Source: Erysipelotrichaceae bacterium
Lineage (GTDB): Bacteria > Bacillota_I > Bacilli_A > Erysipelotrichales > Erysipelotrichaceae
Assembly: GCA_017454765.1 (NCBI GenBank)
Contig: JAFTCJ010000017.1
Coordinates: forward strand, 569-64,568
Direction: 5' to 3'
DNA length: 64,000 bases
Shown here: positions 10,310 through 19,983 of the stretch, one piece after another
How the letters are laid out: the number at the start of each line of letters is the position of its first letter
Numbering within the stretch: the stretch's first letter is position 1
Notes under the pieces: model-generated
Seen by the model: only the letters and a program-made list of their open reading frames with translations
Database searches by the model: none
What the model was told of the DNA's origin: nothing
Position numbers and translations under genes: made by a program

Positions 10310-11134
10310 TTAGAATAAGCCGATTGCAGCACCGATAAGGGCAAATGCGAAGATCAGAAGAATCAGCTTTGTCGGCGTCCAGCCCTTCTTGATCAGGTAG
10401 ACCATCAGGAACAGTGCACATACACCCAGGAAGCCCGGGAAGACGCTGTTGAGGATGTCAGCGATGACAACCTCGCCGCCTTCAGCACCTGTCGTATTGA
10501 TGACCAGGTTCAGAGGTACGTTGACCATCTGAGCAGTCATGGCACCGACCATCATCAGACCTAATACAGAAGCACACTTCGTTAAGACCTGGATCAGACC
10601 GGAGTTGAATACCTGATCGATGAAGGATGTACCTAAGGTATATCCGGCGTTGATCAGCAGATATTTTGCAACAGACTGTAAGCATCCGTAGAGGAGCACG
10701 AAGATGATCGTGCCTAAGAAGTTGCCCTGTCTGCACAGACCGATAGAGATACCGGCTGCGATGACACGGATACAGTTGAAGAACAGGGAGTCGAACATGC
10801 CGGCAGTCGGACCCATGAGGGCGGCCTTGATGTTTTCGATTGTCGTTCCGTCAACTTTGCCTTCCTTGTGCTGTCTTTCCATAGCGTAGGCAAGACCGGC
10901 AACGAATGAGAACGGTACGGCATGCGTATTGAAGAATGACTGATGTCTTAAGACAGCTTCCTTCATTTCTTCAGGATCATCACCGTATAATTCCTCCAGA
11001 GCCGGCTCCATCGTCATGGTGAAACCGTTGGCTTCCATCTTGACCATCGAGAAGCTGATGAATACAAGGTGAGAAAGCCAGAACATCTTCTTCAGAGTAG
11101 CTTTTTCCTGAGCTGATAAATTGTTGTTAGCCAT
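10310..11134 (-). CDS. PTS mannose/fructose/sorbose-family IID component
   Basis: 274 aa. FNTHAVPFSFVAGLAYAME is typical of EIID-Man. Its start overlaps the IIC stop. Confidence 0.88.
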   Translation of the reverse strand: MANNNLSAQEKATLKKMFWLSHLVFISFSMVKMEANGFTMTMEPALEELYGDDPEEMKEAVLRHQSFFNTHAVPFSFVAGLAYAMERQHKEGKVDGTTIENIKAALMGPTAGMFDSLFFNCIRVIAAGISIGLCRQGNFLGTIIFVLLYGCLQSVAKYLLINAGYTLGTSFIDQVFNSGLIQVLTKCASVLGLMMVGAMTAQMVNVPLNLVINTTGAEGGEVVIADILNSVFPGFLGVCALFLMVYLIKKGWTPTKLILLIFAFALIGAAIGLF

Positions 11135-11940
11135 TAGAAGAAATCCTCCTCATCATTCTTTGCATCTGCGACCTTGACACCTGCGTTCAGGATCTCGTTC
11201 TTGGTATCGATCAGACGCTTGTTCGTGAAGAACATCGTGATTGCGATGGCAGCGCCGAGGATGGCGATCGCCAGCGTATCAACATGGAGATAAGCGACCA
11301 GGACATAACCGACAAAGAAGAAGATACCGACTTCGTTGTCCCAGATCATGGAAGTCAGGATCGCGAAACCGACAGCGATCATCATGCCTGATGCAGCACT
11401 TAAGCCTGTCATGACAAATGAAGGCAGTACACCCAGCAGTCTGTTCAGACCGTCGACACCGTAGGCGACAGCAACGAACAGGACAGCCGTCGGGAGCAGC
11501 TTCATAGCTGCAGCGAAGAGATAGTTCTGGATCTTGAACTGCTTGAGATCTTTGACAGCCAGTTTCTCCCAGTAGGCAGCCATCGGGTTGGCAAACAGAG
11601 ACATCGATAAGTTGTTGACAGTCGTCAGAACTGTACCGATCGGGAATGCCAGAGCAACACCATCGGAGATGCTTGCACCGGTCAGTACCGAGTAAGCGAC
11701 AGCGATGACGCTGGACAAGGTCGCATCAGCAGCGATGACACCGCCGATTGCAGAGATACCCATAAAGATAGCTTCCAGTTCCGCTCCCATAATGATGCCT
11801 GTACGGAAATCACCCAGTACAAGTCCTGCCAACGGAGCGATTACGATCGGACGAGTCAGTGCCTGCCACGAGAGGCAGATCTCATCGATGTAAGTCAGCA
11901 GGAAATAAACGATGCATATTTTCAATGCAGCACCAGCCAT
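11134..11940 (-). CDS. PTS mannose/fructose/sorbose-family IIC component
   Basis: 268 aa polytopic membrane protein, positioned between IIB and IID. Confidence 0.85.
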   Translation of the reverse strand: MAGAALKICIVYFLLTYIDEICLSWQALTRPIVIAPLAGLVLGDFRTGIIMGAELEAIFMGISAIGGVIAADATLSSVIAVAYSVLTGASISDGVALAFPIGTVLTTVNNLSMSLFANPMAAYWEKLAVKDLKQFKIQNYLFAAAMKLLPTAVLFVAVAYGVDGLNRLLGVLPSFVMTGLSAASGMMIAVGFAILTSMIWDNEVGIFFFVGYVLVAYLHVDTLAIAILGAAIAITMFFTNKRLIDTKNEILNAGVKVADAKNDEEDFF

Positions 11941-11987
11941 AAATTAGTTTTCCCCCTTTCCTTTGTAGTTCATTGAATTCTAATTTA

Positions 11988-12482
11988 TTAACCTAAAGCC
12001 TTTGCAAGAGGCTCGGCTGTCTCTTCCGGAGTCGTCTGATAGATGGTGTTGTAACCTAAATCAAGGACCTTCTTCAGCGTCTCTTTTTCATCATCGTAGA
12101 GATAGAGGTTCAGTCTGTACGTCGGACGGTTCTCACCGTTTCTCTTCGGTGCGATACGGCCGTAGTTGCCGATATTGACTGTTTCCGGTTTCTCCTCGAT
12201 GTTCGTCAGGATCTTGAGCAGATCGTCCGGGTTGTTTACCAGCATGAGGATCTTGTGATCCGCGGCCTTCGGATTCTTCATCATCTCGATCGCCTTGTCC
12301 ACGGAAATGATCGCTGTCTTGCAGGTAGCAGGAGCAGCCATCATCAGTGATTTCTGGATCACTGAATTCTCGGCGGCAGCATCGTTGGCGACGATGATCC
12401 TGTCAACACCCGTGTGTCTGGACCATTTGATCGCGATCTGACCATGGATCAGTCTTTCATCTAATCTGATTAGTTTTAACAT
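11988..12482 (-). CDS. PTS mannose-family IIB component
   Basis: N-terminal IRLDERLIHGQ carries the phospho-His motif of EIIB-Man; 164 aa. Confidence 0.9.
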   Translation of the reverse strand: MLKLIRLDERLIHGQIAIKWSRHTGVDRIIVANDAAAENSVIQKSLMMAAPATCKTAIISVDKAIEMMKNPKAADHKILMLVNNPDDLLKILTNIEEKPETVNIGNYGRIAPKRNGENRPTYRLNLYLYDDEKETLKKVLDLGYNTIYQTTPEETAEPLAKALG

Positions 12483-12497
12483 CTTCTTCCTCCCTTT

Positions 12498-12911
12498 TCA
12501 GAAAAAATCTTCGTCTTCTTCTTTCGCTTCGCTCTTGTCGAGTTCCACGACTCTCAGCATCATTCTGCTCTGTTCGACCAGTTCAGCCAGTTCCTCGTCC
12601 GAGATCTCTTCCTTGACGGCCAGTTCCAGGACCAGAGCCAGGTTGACGCCGGCGATCAGCCTCGTATTCGGTCTGTCCAGATAAGTGTACATGACCTGAT
12701 TGACGCTTCCGCCGTACAGATCCGAAAGCAGGATGACCTGATCTTCAGGCTCTACATTCTCATAGAAGCGATCCAGGTTTTCCTGTACGCTTTCCTGTGT
12801 CACGTAGGCATCAAACACTGTGATCCTGGGGTTGGGGCCCATCAGGATCTCAACGGAACTCTTGATTCCGCTGGCAAAATGTCCATGTGATGAAATAAAG
12901 AATTTAAGCAT
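12498..12911 (-). CDS. PTS mannose-family IIA component
   Basis: 137 aa. The N-terminal ISSHGHFASG is typical of EIIA-Man (active-site His in the SHG context). Confidence 0.85.
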   Translation of the reverse strand: MLKFFISSHGHFASGIKSSVEILMGPNPRITVFDAYVTQESVQENLDRFYENVEPEDQVILLSDLYGGSVNQVMYTYLDRPNTRLIAGVNLALVLELAVKEEISDEELAELVEQSRMMLRVVELDKSEAKEEDEDFF

Positions 12912-13004
12912 TTTGTTACCCTCTTATACATAAAAAATAACATTAACCTCTATGTTCTGTTAATGCTTATTTTTAAACTAAATTAAGTGTATTATATTGA
13001 ATTG

Positions 13005-13018
13005 CACCTTATAAGGTG
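13005..13018. promoter_or_regulatory. 14-bp perfect palindrome CACCTTATAAGGTG next to a TATAAT (-10, about 12991-12996 on the minus strand) upstream of the PTS operon
   Basis: Read directly. It sits 3 nt past the regulator stop codon and spans about -34 to -21 relative to the candidate -10. It could be an operator or a weak hairpin. Confidence 0.35.
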
Positions 13019-13021
13019 TAT

Positions 13022-15046
13022 CTAAGTGCTTGTAAACTTTCTTCTGATGATCGCATCAAAGATCTGTTCCAGGGTGCTGTCTCTGTCTTCCGTCAGTCTT
13101 TCCAGCGTATCCGGCACCTGAACGATATATCTCAGCATGTGATCCAGAATCTTAAGATCGGCCAGCTTCATTCGCGGATCGGCACAGACAGCGATGACCG
13201 CATTGACATCCAGCGTTTCCTGATAATAAATGCTTTCCTGCGGGATATAGATATCGATGATCTCCTTCCTCGTAAAGCGGTACGGGAAGAAAATGATCAT
13301 GACGCCGTTGCGGGGATAGTAATGGTTGATGATCCTCTCGTTCTCGACATACTGATCATAAAGGATCTTCTGGGTGTAGGGATCCCTGGCATAGCGGTAA
13401 GACAAAGCCTCCACAAAAGAAGTGATATCCTTGATCTGCTGCCTCTCATAAATGTTCATCTGCGACTTGATCCGTTCCAGCTCGCTGCGGTCAAAACCGT
13501 GGATGAAAAGTCTGTCAAAAAGCTCTCCCGGATTCCGGTCATAATCCAGTTCCTGATAAGCCACGATCGGAAGAGGATAGTTATAGTAAAGGATGACGCC
13601 GGAATGGACGACGGCATCATAGTCATCGAAGTTCACTTTCCGCATCTCATACAGGTTGTAGATATCGGCCTTTTCAACATAATTGCCGAACAGATCCATG
13701 AGGCTCTCGGCAATGTGCTGGGAATAGACCAGGCCTTCTGTCGTCGTGACCAGAAGTCTGAGTTTCCGGTAGGGATAGACGACCTTCTTCAGAATCCTCT
13801 CATAGACACCGGTGTAAGCCTGGACGACGGCATCGGAGATCGGCGAACCGAAACGCAGCTGCAGTCTGGCGATCATGACTCTGGTCAGTTCCAGGGGGAT
13901 CGGAGAAAACAGATCCTCATTGCCCTCCAGATAAGTGATCAGGCGGATCTTCCCGGTGTAATCAAAATGATGTTTCAGATACAGCTGCATCTGCAGGGAT
14001 TCCAGATCCTTGCTGTAGAGCCTGAACAGGTCGGTCTTGTAAAGCGCAGAAGCGATCGAAGAGATCGGGTCATCAGTCGCTCTGACGATATCTTCAAACA
14101 GTTCATGGTTCTCTCTCACCAGTTTCTGCGGCAGATCCTTTGTGCCGGTGATCCTGAGATTGAGGTCTCTGTTGATCAGCAGCAGTCTGGCAAAGTTGAG
14201 GATCTCGATCTCGGCCACTTCCACATAATCGCGGATCACGGGATCCGCAAAGATCTCTCTGGCGACCTCACAGTCATATGTCGCCTTCAGTTCCTGAGCG
14301 ATCTCTTCGCTCAGATCCGGATGTCTCCCTTCCCTGATGCGGTTATACATCAGACAGATATGGGAAGCGATCTTCTTCGTCTCGATATCGGAGATGACGA
14401 TGCGGCTGTTTCTAAGGACATCAAGAAAAGCTTTTCTTAATTCTGTATAATGATTAACACCGTCTTTGCGAAACAGGTCATCGAATTTATCATAAGGATA
14501 GAGCGGCTGAAATTCGTGGTATTGCGAACAGCGCAGTTCTACCAGAGCACTGCGCAGATCCTGTTCCTTTCCGGAAACATGATAGCCCTTACCTACGATC
14601 GCCTCCAGATCGATGCCGTAGGACTTCAGGAAACGGGAAGCCCAGCTGATGTCCTTGCGGATAGAGGAACGCGACATGTACAGTTCATCACAGAGATCTT
14701 CGATCTTGACATAATCATCCACCAGAAAACGCTGCACGATGTATATCCTGCGGTTGACAGCCTCCACGCTTCTTCCGTAATACATCGAAGAAAGGACATC
14801 GATACTGTCAGAAAATTCCTTATATTTTGTCTCGTCCTTTACATCGATCCTGTAGCCCTTTGCCTTGTAGGAACGGATACGGGCGATCCCTTCCTCGTCA
14901 CAGAGGGCGTTGAGATGAGCGATATCACTTTTGATCGTTCTCAGAGAAGAATTCGTCAGCTTTGCCAGAGTATTGGCGGTGACCGGTTCCTTTGCCTTGA
15001 TCAGGGTCCTGAGGATGATGATATGTCTGTATTTTTCGATTTTCAT
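13022..15046 (-). CDS. PRD-domain transcriptional regulator (HTH + PRDs + EIIB/EIIA-like C-terminal modules; LicR/MtlR-type)
   Basis: ORF 13022..15091. Preferred start is MKIEKYRHIIILRTLIKAKEPVTANTLAKLTNSSLRTIKSDI (winged-helix HTH). The central helical region is PRD-like. It lies directly upstream of the PTS operon. Confidence 0.7.
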   Translation of the reverse strand: MKIEKYRHIIILRTLIKAKEPVTANTLAKLTNSSLRTIKSDIAHLNALCDEEGIARIRSYKAKGYRIDVKDETKYKEFSDSIDVLSSMYYGRSVEAVNRRIYIVQRFLVDDYVKIEDLCDELYMSRSSIRKDISWASRFLKSYGIDLEAIVGKGYHVSGKEQDLRSALVELRCSQYHEFQPLYPYDKFDDLFRKDGVNHYTELRKAFLDVLRNSRIVISDIETKKIASHICLMYNRIREGRHPDLSEEIAQELKATYDCEVAREIFADPVIRDYVEVAEIEILNFARLLLINRDLNLRITGTKDLPQKLVRENHELFEDIVRATDDPISSIASALYKTDLFRLYSKDLESLQMQLYLKHHFDYTGKIRLITYLEGNEDLFSPIPLELTRVMIARLQLRFGSPISDAVVQAYTGVYERILKKVVYPYRKLRLLVTTTEGLVYSQHIAESLMDLFGNYVEKADIYNLYEMRKVNFDDYDAVVHSGVILYYNYPLPIVAYQELDYDRNPGELFDRLFIHGFDRSELERIKSQMNIYERQQIKDITSFVEALSYRYARDPYTQKILYDQYVENERIINHYYPRNGVMIIFFPYRFTRKEIIDIYIPQESIYYQETLDVNAVIAVCADPRMKLADLKILDHMLRYIVQVPDTLERLTEDRDSTLEQIFDAIIRRKFTST

Positions 15047-15101
15047 CTTTAAATATATTTTACCAAAAAGAAAAGCACGTCCCCGTGCCATTCTTCAATA
15101 T

Positions 15102-15419
15102 TTATTTCTTCTTTTTCTTTCCTGCAGGAAGTTCGTCATACATCGCCTCCAGCAGCTTCATCAGAAATTCCCTGTCATCCACGTTGTCTACCGCCAGCAT
15201 CTCTTTGGCCCCTTCATAAGGCAGCTGTCTTTCGGCTTCCGGCATCATCTTTATTGCGGACTTTACCGGCTTTACCAGAAAGCGGTCGTCATAGATACCG
15301 CCGATGATCTTTCCTTTATAGTAGATGATGAATTCGCCCATCATCGGGCGATATGTCACATCATCCAGGAAAGACAGCTGTTCCAGAATGAAATTCAGAT
15401 ATTCAATGCTCGATGCCAT
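15102..15419 (-). CDS. TfoX N-terminal-domain-like small protein
   Basis: 105 aa. The pattern YRPMMGEFIIYYKGKIIGGIYDDRFLVK resembles the TfoX_N domain. Confidence 0.55.
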   Translation of the reverse strand: MASSIEYLNFILEQLSFLDDVTYRPMMGEFIIYYKGKIIGGIYDDRFLVKPVKSAIKMMPEAERQLPYEGAKEMLAVDNVDDREFLMKLLEAMYDELPAGKKKKK

Positions 15420-15447
15420 ATCTCTCTCCTTTTGATGTACTTATGAT

Positions 15448-16851
<1,404 letters not shown>

Positions 16852-17271
16852 TCACTGGATCGTCATCAGTACACCGATCGAAGCAATTATCAGTCCGATC
16901 GTGTTCATCATCGAAATCTTTTCTTTAAAAAACAAGACACCTACGATCGCCAGTATCACCATGACAGCCACCGACAGCAGCGGTGACAGGAGTCCGATCT
17001 TGAATCCGGAACGGTAGGCATAGATGAAACCGAGTTCATAGAAACAGACGATCAGTCCGATGATGGCGGAATAGATATTGAGCTTCTTCAGTTCTCCTGT
17101 GAAAGGCGTTCCTTTTGAAGTCAGAAAAAACAGGACGAAAGAAGTGACCATCGCCACCGCATAAGTGATCGTCATGGAAGCAAACGCATTGACATCTCCG
17201 TTGACCCTGTCTGAGAAGATCTTATAAAGACAATCCGCTGCTACCAGCATGAAAAACGAGATCCATTTCAT
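16852..17271 (-). CDS. small 4-5 TM membrane protein, single EamA-like (DMT) half-transporter
   Basis: 139 aa and very hydrophobic. Lies between EIIC and GH1, 9 nt upstream of GH1. Confidence 0.5.
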   Translation of the reverse strand: MKWISFFMLVAADCLYKIFSDRVNGDVNAFASMTITYAVAMVTSFVLFFLTSKGTPFTGELKKLNIYSAIIGLIVCFYELGFIYAYRSGFKIGLLSPLLSVAVMVILAIVGVLFFKEKISMMNTIGLIIASIGVLMTIQ

Positions 17272-17291
17272 AGATATTCCCCTTTTTTGAA

Positions 17292-17322
17292 GAAGACCGG
17301 CAGAACCAAACTGCCGGTCTTC
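17292..17322 (-). other. intercistronic 12-bp perfect stem-loop between EIIC and the DMT-like gene
   Basis: GAAGACCGGCAG-7 nt-CTGCCGGTCTTC. No U-run follows on the coding (minus) strand, so it is more likely an mRNA-processing or stability element than a terminator. Confidence 0.45.
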
Positions 17323-17351
17323 TGATTTCTGAGTATCAGATGAACTGCTGA

Positions 17352-18650
17352 CTATTCAGCTTCTTCTAAAACCTTCTGCTTATCGATGACCTTGATGAAC
17401 GGCAGATAGAACAGCGCGTCGACAACGATCAGGATCAGCACCAGGATCAGTGCCTTGAAGTCGACAGTGGCGATCAGGGCAGCGATCGGGCAGAACATGT
17501 TCCAGCCCGGATAAGAGACGGTCTTGCCGACGATGCCGGCTGCCATTGCCAGATAAGTCAGGATGCAGTTGAGCAGCGGAACACCGACAAACGGAACGAA
17601 CATGACCGGGTTCATCATCAGCGGAACACCGAAGATGATCGGTTCATTGATGTTGAAGAACGCAGGGATCAGACCCAGCTTGCCGACAGTCTTGAGCTGT
17701 TTTGACTTGCATAAGAACAGCAGGACAAATACAAGACCGAACGTTGCTCCGGAGCCGCCGATCATGATGAAGAACCACCAGAAGGGTTCTGTGATGATGT
17801 AAGGCAGCTGTGTGGTTGCTGTACCGGCTGTGTAAGCAGCGATGTTGGCAGCCAGAGCCGTTGCCCAGAAGGCACCCATCGGACCGGTAATGGCACTGTC
17901 GTGGATACCGAACCACCAGAATGCCATGACCAGGAATACCAGCAGAGCGCCGCCCCAGATGGAGTTTGTCGCTCTTAACAGCGGTTCCATGACAACGGAC
18001 ATCAGTGCCGGGAAGGTATTGCCTGTCAGCTTGACGACCAGTGTGTGCAGCAAAGCCATGACCAATAGAACGATGCCTGTCGGTACCAGCATGGCGAATG
18101 ATTCAGTCAGAGCCTCAGGAACGCCGTGGCCTTCCAGAGAGATATAGCCGACTTTCTTTTCCAGCAGCACTTTCAGCAGTTCGATCGCCAGGATAGCAGC
18201 GAAGATGGCAGCAAAGATACCGGTTCCGCCCATGTAGTCGAACGTCTTTCTCGTCTCGATACCGGATACGGCCAGGATCATGTAGGAAATAACTGCCAGG
18301 ATCGTCGGAGTGAAACCTTTCAGCTTATAGTGCTGAGACAGGAAATAACCGACACCCGCCGCAACGAACAGAGCGACGAATTCAAGACAGAAACGATAGA
18401 TCGCACCGACAGGCATACCTACGGCACCCGCCAGAGCGGACCAGCCCTTCATCAGCGAGCACAGGAATCCGGGTTCCATCGTCGTGTAATCCATAGGCGG
18501 TTCGATGATGACCAGAGCGAGAGAACCCAGCGTCATGAACGGAATGATGGACATGAACGTTCTGGAGATGGCTCTCAGGTGCCTCTGCTTCTCAACCTTG
18601 TCCGCCAAAGGGAACAGTTTCTGTTCCAGCCAAGCCGAAAACTTTTCCAT
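17352..18650 (-). CDS. PTS lactose/cellobiose-family EIIC permease
   Basis: ORF 17352..18713. Preferred start is MEKFSAWLEQKLFPLADKVEKQRHLRAI (ATG 18648-18650, RBS GGAGGC). This is a typical CelB/LicC-type N-terminus followed by about 10 TM segments. Confidence 0.85.
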   Translation of the reverse strand: MEKFSAWLEQKLFPLADKVEKQRHLRAISRTFMSIIPFMTLGSLALVIIEPPMDYTTMEPGFLCSLMKGWSALAGAVGMPVGAIYRFCLEFVALFVAAGVGYFLSQHYKLKGFTPTILAVISYMILAVSGIETRKTFDYMGGTGIFAAIFAAILAIELLKVLLEKKVGYISLEGHGVPEALTESFAMLVPTGIVLLVMALLHTLVVKLTGNTFPALMSVVMEPLLRATNSIWGGALLVFLVMAFWWFGIHDSAITGPMGAFWATALAANIAAYTAGTATTQLPYIITEPFWWFFIMIGGSGATFGLVFVLLFLCKSKQLKTVGKLGLIPAFFNINEPIIFGVPLMMNPVMFVPFVGVPLLNCILTYLAMAAGIVGKTVSYPGWNMFCPIAALIATVDFKALILVLILIVVDALFYLPFIKVIDKQKVLEEAE

Positions 18651-18686
18651 ATTAGCCTCCTTTTTCTTCTTGGAATCTGTAAAAGG

Positions 18687-18731
18687 AAAAAAGCCGTACA
18701 GACAAGATCCCATGATCTGTTACTGACAGGC
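18687..18731 (-). promoter_or_regulatory. imperfect long hairpin plus U6 in the EIIC 5' leader (possible attenuator/terminator)
   Basis: Minus strand: GCCTGTCAGTAACAGATC-ATGG-GATCTTGTCTGTACGGC followed by TTTTTT, about 35 nt upstream of the EIIC start. Confidence 0.35.
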
Positions 18732-18830
18732 GTTTCCTTATACTTACAGTTTAACTGACCACCTATCTTCCCGCAAGATGAAAGCAGGCCAACAGTGACA
18801 AAGAAAGCGAAACAGTAACAGAAAATTCAT

Positions 18831-18854
18831 ACAAAAACCGCAGTTTCGCTGCGG
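18831..18854 (-). terminator. rho-independent terminator after the lipoprotein gene
   Basis: Minus strand: CCGCAG-CGAAA-CTGCGG followed by TTTTT. Confidence 0.65.
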
Positions 18855-18879
18855 TATTTGTTCAATATGTTTTCTGATA

Positions 18880-19971
18880 TCAGTCTATGAGTTCAAAAGT
18901 ATCACCAGCCCTGCTCATGCAGATGTCGGTCTTCAGAACAAGCGTACTGTTGTCCTTCTTTTCAAATTCGATCAGCTTGACATCCGCTCCCGTGTAACCT
19001 TCCATCTGGGAGTTGTCATCCACGTGGCAGATATAGCCGTCGCTCTTTTTCTCATACCAGCCCTTGATCTGAGCCATACCGGAATAGACGTTCTCGGTGA
19101 ACGTGAAGGCACCGGCTGTATCAAAGACGACCTTCGGCAGATACTGTTCTGCCACATCGGTATCGGTTATGTAACGCCATGAGGAGCCCTTGTTGCCCAG
19201 ATTGTCACCCATCGGTACCTGCAGAGCTTCCGGGATCGATCCGTTGGCAGAGAAGACATCGCCCGTCATTGAAACACCCAGATCCGTCATCAGGATCAGC
19301 GTGTTCTCATCATAGATCTGGAACTCGATCGCCTTGACGTTCTCACCAAACGGCGTGCCTTCGAAATTCTTCATGACGATCATGTAGCCGTTTTCGATCT
19401 CATAGGTTCCGTTGGCTTCCATGACACCGAAATCCTCCATGTCGATCATCGTGCAGGAATTATCCGAACGCACTTCGAAGCTGGACTTGTTGGTGGAAGT
19501 CTGGGACAGATTGTAATACGTCGTATAAGTGAAATCGGAATTGGCGATCTGGCCGTGTCCGGTGGAACCCTTGACTTCCGTCGTCGAGAAAGTCGCTCCG
19601 TCCTTGGAACCTTCCAGGGAAGTTTTCAGGGTCATCGTATCCTCGTCCTGCAGTTCAAACAGGATCTTGGAATATTGGCCGACAGAGGATTCCTTCACGT
19701 TCAGCGTCACGACATTCTCGCTCAGTGACCACTCACCGGTGATGTCATAGCTGCCGTTGAAGAAATTGTCCGTAAAAACGAATGTTCCGTCCTTGCCGAA
19801 CCACACCTTGGAATGATTCTCGTTGCCGTAATCATCGATGGTGTTGTAGTAAGTCCTGCCGGCAATGTCGAACTTGTTTTCAGGTGTTTCTTCTTCCTTC
19901 TTGCCGCCGCTGCAGGCACAAAGCATCATCGCCATCACAAACAGCAGGAATATCTTCTTCATCATTTTCAT
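18880..19971 (-). CDS. lipoprotein with three internal ~110-aa repeats, unknown function
   Basis: ORF 18880..19977. The ATG at 19969-19971 has better spacing from AAAGGAGG. It has a signal peptide plus lipobox (LCAC). Three modules each end in a T(L/M).L(K/M)T(S/D).....(G/D)..F-like string. Confidence 0.7.
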   Translation of the reverse strand: MKMMKKIFLLFVMAMMLCACSGGKKEEETPENKFDIAGRTYYNTIDDYGNENHSKVWFGKDGTFVFTDNFFNGSYDITGEWSLSENVVTLNVKESSVGQYSKILFELQDEDTMTLKTSLEGSKDGATFSTTEVKGSTGHGQIANSDFTYTTYYNLSQTSTNKSSFEVRSDNSCTMIDMEDFGVMEANGTYEIENGYMIVMKNFEGTPFGENVKAIEFQIYDENTLILMTDLGVSMTGDVFSANGSIPEALQVPMGDNLGNKGSSWRYITDTDVAEQYLPKVVFDTAGAFTFTENVYSGMAQIKGWYEKKSDGYICHVDDNSQMEGYTGADVKLIEFEKKDNSTLVLKTDICMSRAGDTFELID

Positions 19972-19983
19972 AGCCATCCTCCT

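Noticed and set aside
13016-14440. 474-aa ORF on the plus strand
   Set aside because: It lies entirely antisense to the PRD regulator gene, which has clear HTH/PRD features. Its translation is low-complexity (D/I/L/R-rich) with no motifs, which is typical of a shadow ORF.
18687-18780. RAT (ribonucleic antiterminator) element in the EIIC leader
   Set aside because: The sequence upstream of and overlapping the leader hairpin does not match the GGATTGTTACTG...GCAGGCAAAACC consensus, and no CAT-PRD antiterminator gene is nearby. I kept only the hairpin plus U-tract as a low-confidence feature.
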